Part shown: one piece after another, positions 55,238-64,000 of the stretch
Numbering within the stretch: the first letter of the stretch is position 1
How the letters are laid out: every line of letters starts with the position of its first letter
Source: Zygnema circumcarinatum SAG 698-1b
Lineage: Eukaryota; Plantae; Zygnematophyceae
DNA length: 64,000 bases
NCBI GenBank assembly: GCA_037447605.1
Contig: CM074805.1
Location: 1,025,361-1,089,360 of the forward strand
Direction: 5' to 3'
Translations under genes and position numbers: made by a program
Notes under the pieces: model-generated
The model's database searches: none
Told to the model about the DNA's origin: nothing
Seen by the model: the letters and a program-made list of their open reading frames with translations, nothing else

Positions 55238-56113
55238 TCCCCAACAACCGACCCATTCAAACAACAAAATGCCCACGAAATGAAAAAAGTTCGGAACCCA
55301 ACCCCCCCCCCATTGCGCACACCTGAAAACTCCTGGAACAAGAAGGGGTGGCTCAGATGCAGCGCCTCCGGCGGCCCCACGAGCGAGAGCACGTCCCCGT
55401 GGCGGAGGCGGCGCTCGGGCCCGTCCCTCTCGAGGCGCGCGCGGTTGATCCACGTGCCGTTCGCGGAGCTGTCCTGCACCCACGCCTCGAGCTGCCGCCC
55501 CGTGGCGTCGCCCACGCGCTGCCGCCGCACCACACGGCAGTGCCACGCGTTCACCGAGGGGCTCGCCACGTGGCAGTCGGCGGTCACGGGGGCGCGCCCC
55601 AGCACGTGCTCGCGCGCGAACAGAGCGAACTCGGCGCCGTCCACGCACTCGCGCGCCTCCGCGGAGAGCGCGGTCAGCGCGCCCCACTGCGAGGAGCGGC
55701 CGGCCGCCAGGGGGGTCCGCGCGAGCCGGGCGGCGGCCGTCCACACCGACACTGCGCTCTCGCGCTCGCCGGGGGAGGCCATGGCGGGCGGAGGGAAGCG
55801 GGAGGTAGGCAAGGGGACGTCTGGGCCGGGCGGAATGCCGGTGGCCATGGTGGGCGGAGGGAGGGAGGAGGCAGGCAAGGGGAGGTCTGGGCCGGGCGGA
55901 ATGCCGGAGGCCATGGCGGGCGGAGGGAGGCGGGAGGCAGGCAAGGAGAGGTCTGGGCCGGGCGGAATGCCGGTGGCCATGGTGGGCGGAGGGAGGGAGG
56001 AGGCAGGCAAGGGGAGGTCTGGGCCGGACGGAACGCCGGAGGCCATGGTGGGCGGAGGGATGCAGGAGGCAGGCAAGGGGAGGTCTGGGCCTGGCGGGAT
56101 GTCGGAGGCCATG
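53815..56113 (-). CDS. FHA-domain / coiled-coil protein, At2g45460-like, apparently short or truncated
   Basis: WGALTALS...EHVLGR...SPSVNAWHCRV...VQDSSANGTWIN..RLERDGPERRLRHGDVLSLVGPPE, then LSFVFREV...KRK, matching from memory the plant FHA protein At2g45460 pattern. Coiled-coil exons follow at ~54540-54370 and ~54160-54055. The model reaches TAA at 53815-53817; the 3' structure is uncertain. Confidence 0.7.
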
Positions 56114-56115
56114 GC
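55777..56115 (-). repeat. 5 x 66-bp coding tandem repeat (22-aa unit MA[ST]GIPPGPDLPLPASSLPPP[TA])
   Basis: Five contiguous GGCCATGG[C/T]GGGCGGAGGG... units, in frame with the FHA ORF. Confidence 0.92.
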
Positions 56116-58221
56116 GGCAGCGGAAATGACGACGGGACGGAGAAGGTAGTGAGGGGGGAAGGGGAAGCACCGCGAGGCGTGACGTACGGTGACGCGACGT
56201 GACGGCCCCACGAAGTTTCGAGCGCCGGAAAGAAGGCGCCAAGCGGACATTCCGACGTCCGTACAGCGCGCGTCTGGAAGGGGATTGCGCCAGCAGGGAC
56301 CGCGATCCGTGGGTGCCACGTGGCTGGTGCAGACGGCATCCCTGCCAGTGGCCGTACACGTGGCCTTATCGGGCCACGTGAACGGCCCGATTGCGAAATA
56401 TCTGCGGAAAGGTGACCAGGAAGTGGGATTTGGATGTTTGTCGCGTTGCGGCGCGATACTGGCAATCTGAGCGCCAGCCGTTTCGAAAAGGTTGGAAATA
56501 TCGGATCCGAGATTGGCTGGTACGATAGATTCAGATCTTATGAGATTCGATCAAAGATTCGAAGGTATGTCCAGCCAAATGTCCAGATTCTCTGGAGAAA
56601 ACGATGATATTTTGGCTGTATCCTCCGCAGCCAATCGCGGCTGACTATCGGGCGTGCGGATGTCGACACGTTTCCTAACACGTGGTTGTCCTTTGGGGCG
56701 ACATTTGTCGTATCTGTTGATCTCGGCCGCCTCTGCCGCGCCGATGGCATCTGGCATTCAAAATTTGTACAGGGCGTGTCCGTACATGGTCACGTGGTTG
56801 TGTCAGCACGATCTCTACAACGCTCGTGATTGGTTGCAAAAAATTTGAAATCGTACAAATCCTCGGTTTTTCTGGAGCGTCGGGGGTCAATCCAACAGAA
56901 TCTTCCGTAACAAAAGAAATAAAAACAAGTACTGTCGACACAGAGATTCTTCCCCAAACAAGTTACGTATTCTGATTCCACTTTAGTATACCGTACCTTA
57001 CCGTACCGTGCTTGAGAAAAAACTCAGATATTCAAATTTCCCGTCCCTCTGGTTTCTCAAAGCAAACTGACGGTTGCGCGTTTTGTGGCCGCGGACGGTG
57101 GTATGATGTCATCACGCGTCAGAAACCTGAACTCGCGAAACTTCGTCTGGTTTCTCCGGCAAGTTGGCTGCTCGCCCTAGACAAGATGATGACGTCACTA
57201 CTGGCGGTGAGCAAACTGCAACCTATACAACGTCCGTGACCGCAAACTCGGACGCTTCCGCAGTGACGTCGTCAGTGACATCAGCCGATTGCGGTAAGGG
57301 CCTGCGGGTCCGCTCCCTCCCCGCGACTCTGCCTCGGTGCGCCGCACGTGCGGGTCGCGCCAGGCTGGAGCCGCACGTGTGATGCTCAAAAATATTTATT
57401 GGACTCCCTTGTCAGAGTCAAGAGTTTAGGCGGCAACAGACGACTGGAACACGAGCCATCCAGATGTGTCGGTTGGAGTGAGACCCTCTCCTACGCTCCC
57501 GGCTCCTCAAGGCAAATCACCTTCCATTGGAACTCTAGTTCGCACTGAGGAGGACATTCTGCTCTCTTCAAATCAAAGGCACTCACCCATAGCCCAGTCT
57601 ACACACAAAGAAAATGCCAAAGATAATGCTGCGGAACAACACAAGAGAGAAGTTTGTAGGAGAAAGCTCACGAATCGAAAATTCCTTAATGCATAATCAC
57701 CCACATGAAAGTTGCTTCCCAACACTACAAGGTAAGCTCTCTCACTCACTACCTCACACCACGAGTGAAGGTACCCTCGATACACAAGCAAGCACAGAAT
57801 AAGAGTTAATCCTACCAAGCAAAGCTTCTCTCTATTATACTACCATGGCTATGTGACGTGACTCCTTCCTGTGGACCGGACGTCACGTCACAGCCGCACC
57901 CCCTTGCAGATGCATGCATTCAACAGCCAGCTACGCGGCCTATGTAAACCTACTGCACTGTATGCCAGCACCGACCTAGGGTATGCGTTCCGTACTGTTC
58001 CGCCGCCCGTGCAAGGTCTGACTCGGTCCCCTCCTCAGTTGACCTCGTCAGAGCCGCGGTCCCCACTACGGGTCCACGTGGTGCCGCCTCCTGGCGCCGC
58101 CATTCTCAGCGCGTTAGGCGCACACCGCCGAAGTCTGTACGGCCGCCATACATGGTAGAAGGACTAGGAGCACATCCCACGTCACACAAACTTAGTACCA
58201 ACATAGTTAGTGTATACTTTT

Positions 58222-59272
58222 GGAAAATGATACAGCGGCCCCACTTTTTGGATATCGGCGCCCCCTTTTGGGAAAAATTGTACTTTTTTTTTGGGCTAAT
58301 CACCCCCCCCCCCCCCTTGGATCTTTCGGGAGGAGAGATCTTGTAGACAATCGGACCCCGCGCCTCGCGCGCAGGATCCGACTGTGCACCGACGTACGGC
58401 GCCGCGCATCGCGGCGTGGCCCGCGAGATGCAGCGAGCCTACGGAAACGTTGTCCTCACCTGACCCGTTTGGGTCAGAGGTTGCCACGTGGCAGTCTTCC
58501 ATTGGACAGCCCTGCTGCCGATCCCCCATGCCGATGCAGTGGACCCCCATAATATTTTCCACCTTGTACAGTGCGTCCCCAAGAAATTCGCCCCGATTTT
58601 GCCGAAACCACCTTTTTGTACGGTAACTCAATGTTAGCGTATTAGGGGTGTTATCCTTACCTGACCTATTCTCCAATACAAAATCTGTTAATCGAAACGG
58701 ATTTCAAACATGGGCCACGCTTTTACTCTGTACGGTAAGTACGAATAAAATCTCTAATTCGTACGGTATACGTACGGCACCAATAGAAGCTCGTGTATCT
58801 AAATCACGCTACGGTACGATACGATACGATACGTACGAACAGACATGAACTCTAACATAATACCGCTCGCCTATTGGTAACACGGACCTTATATTTGCAA
58901 ATTACAATATTTTCGCCCAGTATTTGCCGAAACCATGGCGAAAATATTATGGGGGTCCACTGCATCGGCATGGGGGATCGGCAGCAGGGCTGTCCAATGG
59001 AAGACTGCCACGTGGCAACCTCTGACCCAAACGGGTCAGGTGAGGACAACGTTTCCGTAGGCTCGCCGCATCTCGCGGGCCACGCCGCGATGCGCGGCGC
59101 CGTACGTCGGTGCACAGTCGGATCCTGCGCGCGAGGCGCGGGGTCCGATTGTCTACAAGATCTCTCCTCCCGAAAGATCCAAGGGGGGGGGTGATTAGCC
59201 AAAAAAAAAAGGACAATTTTTCCCAAAAGGGGGCGCCGATATCTAAAAAGTGGGGCCGCTGTATCATTTTCC
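58222..59272. mobile_element. Non-autonomous TIR element with ~335-bp arms and 8-bp TSD ATACTTTT
   Basis: GGAAAATGATACAGCGGCCCCACTTTTT... is the inverted copy of ...AAAAAGTGGGGCCGCTGTATCATTTTCC. ATACTTTT occurs at 58214-58221 and 59273-59280. Confidence 0.9.
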
Positions 59273-59282
59273 ATACTTTTTT

Positions 59283-59367
59283 GCGACCAGTTCTTCGTGG
59301 TTCCCCATGCTTCTTTTGTCCATGTACATGTGATGGCCTCGCCATCGTGAAATCAATGCCACTTCCC
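59283..59367 (-). repeat. Dispersed ~90-bp hairpin repeat, copy F
   Basis: Its reverse complement GGGAAGTGGCATTGATTTCACGATGGCGAGGCCATC...GAAGAACTGGTCGC closely matches copies D and A. Confidence 0.8.
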
Positions 59368-61816
59368 TTTTCTTGAATGCCCTCGCCCTTTTAGGTCACA
59401 AGTAGGTTTGGACAACACTTTACGGGCAGCATCCTGAATTTTTGAAGTTAGTCTAACAAAGCTTCTACTGTTGTCAAGAGAACGCTTGGAAATTGGGATC
59501 GCCACAACACAATGGACATTACACGACAATACAGATTGACGATGATGCCTGCCGGAACTCCCCCGACATATGAAACTTTTTAAAGTGTCCCCGACAGCTA
59601 ATAAGTCAACGAGATGCATCATCCACTGATAAAGCGTCCGCATTGCGAATCCAACATGTGATGAAACGTGGCTTGCATGCCTATAAACCTATGCGAGTGT
59701 TGTACGAGACGAAATGTGAGCTCCCTTCCTGCTTTCAGGGTGTCTGTTAGCGAGAGCAGGAAAGTCGTCCTTGTGCGTCAGCCCTAAACAACCTTCACTC
59801 TTCTGTCACGACTTACGAGTTGAGAGCCGAAAGCCGCCACTGTGCAGGTGACGTGAGTCGGTTTCCTCATTTATCCGCACTTCGCCGAAATGATGACGTA
59901 ACGATCCGGTTTTTACAACAAAAAAAAAAAGGCAAAAAAAACACAGTGCAACACTTCGCGTGCCTCCGCTTTCTTTCTGCAAATCGGAGTGAAGTTCGCA
60001 ATTTGCATCTGCCAGAAAAAGGATTTGGAGCATCAAACATTTGGAGCATCGCCTCAAAGAAGATGCCGTGATCGCAGGGACGAAGTTGGCCTTGTTGGAG
60101 GTCGAGCAGCAGCCTTTTACGTTTCGTACCAGCAGTGCATCCTTCATCCCTGCCTTACAACATCGCTGCTAAAAGATAGGCACGTAACGATGGCGACGAG
60201 GCATGCCAGCAAGCATCAGAGGATCATCTCTCGCAGCCACCAAAAGAGAATTCATGATTGGATCTGGTTTGACATGATCTCCTTCTATCAGGGGACAAGT
60301 CCAATATGGTCAACTTCATGTCTCCTCGCTGCAAGCAACAAAGCCATTTCGCTTCGCATTGAATCCCGAACGGAGGGAGGCGCTAAGCTATAACTGCTAC
60401 CCAGTGCCTTATTGTTTCTCCACCGGGAAAGTTTAGCCACAGATTATGCCCTTCTGAGGAAACCCTAAACTAGCCTTTATTTCCTTTGCAGCCCAGCGGA
60501 TCAACAAGGTAGCCGGAGACTAACAAAGGAACCGTCAGCCAACCTACGCCTTATGAACATTTATTTGCACGACGGTTGATTGCCGGTTCAAAATGAAAGA
60601 GACAACATGACTGCCCTTTCTTTATAAAGCCTCTACAAACTGGCGACGGCAGACTGTGCCTCTGCAGGTTCGTGCATTCAAACGGAAAGGGCACAGCCAC
60701 ATCCTCTTCAATAGTACAACTGCAGAATGTCCGGTACGAGCGCCAAACCCCTAGGCTGAAGCCATGTTTTTAAGGTCGCTGCAGCCTTTTCAAACTTTGC
60801 AAAGGTCGTCATTTCCGTTGGAAGGCACAAATCTTAGGAGGAGAATTGGATTAGATTCTAGCAATAGTCCATGGGGCTTTACACCCCAAGAGCTTCCAAA
60901 AGGGCAGCCTGCCACTGATTGGTCACCTCCGCCATGAAACTCCAGATTCGAACTGCCCGTTGCTCCATTCATGTAAACTGCAAATGAGAACAAAGATCAA
61001 GAACACCAAAAGATTTCAAAAAGTCCACTTTCCATTGGCCTTCTTTTGGAGAGCAACTTTATCTAAGCAAGTCTAGAGAGGGTTTAGGATTTCTTCACGG
61101 TCAAAACCTGCCATGACATTGGCACACTTCGAACCCCCCAGTCCACTTCTGATAACTCCTTCCCTTTACTAAGGGATCATCCAAACACTTGCAGTGACGA
61201 AGCCAGTCATATTTGGGAGATGCCAAGATTCCTGAGCACATTCAAGCAACAGTCCAACGACGTACTGACTTGAACGTGATTCATTGCAGGCATTGTAATC
61301 GAGCTACCTCATTCTACTGCGCGAGCAGGCAGTGATGATATACATTGCAGGTAGTGGGAAATCACCTCCAGGGATAGCCGTGCCGGCTCCACATTACTGG
61401 AAGTCGTCCTTGAAAGCACGTCGTTGCATTGAGGAGAAAGTAGTTAGCGTCTCTGGAAAAACTGTGGTGTCCCGCGAATCGATTAAAACCTGTAGCCTGC
61501 AAAAAATCTACCTCGATGGCCGCTTAAAGAAGAGTAATGCTTCAGAATGAATTGAATGTACGAAGCACAGAAATAGTACTCTCTGGCGACTCCCAATGAT
61601 TTCCGACCATAACCTCAGACTCCACCTTCTCTAACTTCCTGCCTACCACCCCCCCCCCCCCCCCCCCCCCCCCCNNNNNNNNNNCCCCCCCCCCCCCCCC
61701 CCCCCGCCTTCCCTCCAAAGAAACGCAAATCCCTTTTCTTTACGTCTCCTTCTGCAGCGCTTGCAGACGAGCAACACGTCCTGGATCGCAGATTTCCAAT
61801 TGGCTGCCTCACCCAA

Positions 61817-63272
61817 TCAAGGTAGTGTCTCATTTGGGAAACCTAAATGCAAAGCTTGACCCCAATGCTTCAAATCAGAAGCCGTTTGGCCCTTTCCTTT
61901 CTCACAATCACTACTTGATAGATCTGCCTCGATTGGTGTTACTGGCTGCTCCTCAGGCATCCTATGTTCCATTGGTCGCAGAGCTTCCGGCAAGTTTCCC
62001 CCCTTGCTGTGACCCCCCTCATGACCGCTGCTGCTGCGCGTGTCAATGGACCTCGCATCAGAAGAGAGGGCCCGCCCCATGGGGGGCATGGGGGCATCCG
62101 TTTGCGAAGGGCCCTGGTCCATGGTCACTATTGTACGGCGAGGGTGGTTGTGGACGTGGGAATCTGTGATTCGCAGCTCAGCCGGGTTGCTCTTTCGGAA
62201 GTCGACAGTTTTCTTTGCAGGGCAGCCGAGCACCTTGAACATGCTGCAGCGATAGTAATTCCTGAAGAAGCAAAGATGAGGACAGCAAAGCAAGGGTGTA
62301 AGGGTTTGGAGATTTGCTTCAAACACACGAAGCCTCAACCTGGGAGACTTGGAGCCTATTGACGAGTGAAAACCTAACAATTGACTCAAGCAGCGAATTC
62401 TCGCCAAGAATCCAATACCCGAAAGGAAGACAGAGTAGACATTCTGAAGCAGAAGGAGGTGCGCAAAAACTATTGCCGTACAAACAACAATATAAAGATA
62501 GATGCACAACAGTAATGATCAAGCACTCGCAAGGCTGCCTATGCCTATCCCTAATCTGAGCCAACAGACCAATGGTCCAAACAGCTGACTCAACAAGATG
62601 AACAAAATGAGGAGCTGTAAACAGAAGCCTATGAACGAACGCAAAGACAACAAGGCACCCACACAAAGTAAAGATTGCACACGGCAAATTGACAGTTATG
62701 GTTGATGGTAGAATTCACCACATCGTTTGTGAACCACCCAACAAGCGAAACTCTGCTATTAGCACACTAATGCTGCCGTCTCGTCTGCTTAACAGAAGAG
62801 TGCGGAGCTCTCACCGCTGATGTTGCGTTCCCCGAATGTGCTTCTGCCCATACTTGAGCCACATGAAACCATCATCTGGCACTTCCAAATTGCCTCCAAG
62901 CTGCATCATCCGAGGTCTGCACATGCTTCGCGAAAAAAGATTAACACCATATGCGGTAAAAGCAATTAAAAGCCTTCAAGTGAATACGCGTTTATCTCAC
63001 ATGCGTGTTGAACAAGTGTTCAGAAAATAAACACATCCAGAATCGCCTTCATCAGAATAAAGTAGTACCGAAAATTACTCAGGCGATAAACAAGTCTCAA
63101 AAGAAGACGCTGCAGCCGCTAAAAGGCGCTCGCCATATTCATTGGACACGTTCAATTTAGCTTCACACCTTTTGGAGGGGCTGCCCTCTGACTCGCTTGG
63201 CAGTGCGCCACCTCCCTGCGCAGCGCAAGCTCTCTGCGGCCATTGCTGCATATCCAGCTCCGACGCGAGCAT
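61817..63272 (-). CDS. WRKY-family transcription factor, variant WLKYGQK (WRKY-D), closest to WRKY-A
   Basis: Exon 1 ends ...GSPSKR (~63171). Exon ~62915-62815 reads PRMMQLGGNLEVPDDGFMWLKYGQKHIRGTQHQR. The exon from 62261 reads NYYRCSMFKVLGCPAKKTVDFRKSNPAELRITDSHVHNH. The start codon and 3' end are uncertain (N gap at ~61675). Confidence 0.82.
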
Positions 63273-64000
63273 GCTGAAAAAAAGCCAGAGGGCCGACTTT
63301 GAATACCCTTCCTTGCTGCTTTCCGACTGCTCCGACTGCTGTAGGTATCAAAAAACTGATTGCAAAGGTGTGGCCTCAAATTTGTAACCCTAGAAGCTCT
63401 TGGTCGTCGTCGTCGTGAATAGGGACCAATATTGCATCTTGCGAGTTTCACAAGGACCGATGTTTGCAAATCTCTGCAAATTTAGAATCGATCCTGCGAA
63501 AGTAGATGAGACAAGTACAATATTTCCTCAAAAGCGTCGCAATTCTGCTTGCCCTATCTGCCGCTTGCCCCTCCTCAGTCGAATTCCTCCTTCCCCAAGC
63601 TTCAACCTGACCGGAAAACAGAAGAAGAGACATGGGAGACCACTACGCTCCCAGCATTAAAACTCACACAACCCCCAAAACTACTCGCCCGTAACCTAAC
63701 CTCCCTCCCCCCCACCGATACCCCCCCCTCTCCTCCCTCCCTCCCTCCCAGTAGCCTCAGCTTCCTCCCTCCCTCCCTTCCTCCCCTGCAGCTGTGCCTT
63801 CAAGGCTAAGCGGCGCCGCTTGACCAAGGTGGGTCGCCATTCAAGGTACAACCCTCCTCGACACCACCCAATCACAACCTGCCACGTTGGCATTTCTGTC
63901 TACGTGGTGGTCCCTGATTGGCCCATATCATTCCGGGCCCCGCCAAGGGGACCCGCTAAATCCAACCGGCCCATAAATGCGCAGTTACTTTGGCGCCGAC

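Noticed and set aside
55777-56115. 66-bp repeats as a CRISPR array
   Set aside because: There are no unique spacers, the units are contiguous and in frame, the context is eukaryotic, and there are no cas genes.
43341-59367. Firm call of a 16-kb Pack-type transposon (also tested 43341-52175)
   Set aside because: There is no clean TSD at either pairing and no transposase; kept only as a hypothesis in the findings.
35837-63272. WRKY-like domains as N-termini of Mutator/FAR1 transposases
   Set aside because: No catalytic MULE domain follows; the tails are low-complexity, and the intron position matches true WRKY transcription factors.

Overview
This is intron-rich eukaryotic nuclear DNA, most likely from a streptophyte green alga or early-diverging plant. 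That is an inference from the plant-type TTL fusion, KDTA, SDH and WRKY genes; the species cannot be determined. The left ~34 kb is a compact housekeeping block: an unidentified signal-peptide gene (-), VPS34 (+, with a ~950-bp (GA)n tract in an intron), USP39/SAD1 (-), a small J-domain protein (+), CMSS1/CMS1 (+), an apparently single-domain uridine kinase (-), TTL (+), sorbitol dehydrogenase (-) and Kdo transferase (+). Telomere-like TTAGGG arrays sit just 5' of several of these start codons. The right ~30 kb is a repeat-rich accessory region. It holds four same-strand WRKY domains with non-canonical heptapeptides (WLKYGQK x2, WEKYGQK, WQQYGQK) and a hybrid C-x7-C-x23-H-x-H zinc finger; two of them can be spliced in frame into one two-domain protein. 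The region also contains a shortened At2g45460-like FHA/coiled-coil gene with a 22-aa tandem repeat, a 13-fold tandem W-box array, three TIR/foldback elements with 8-bp target-site duplications, and a dispersed ~90-bp hairpin repeat. All gene models were read by eye from GT-AG sites and are untested.
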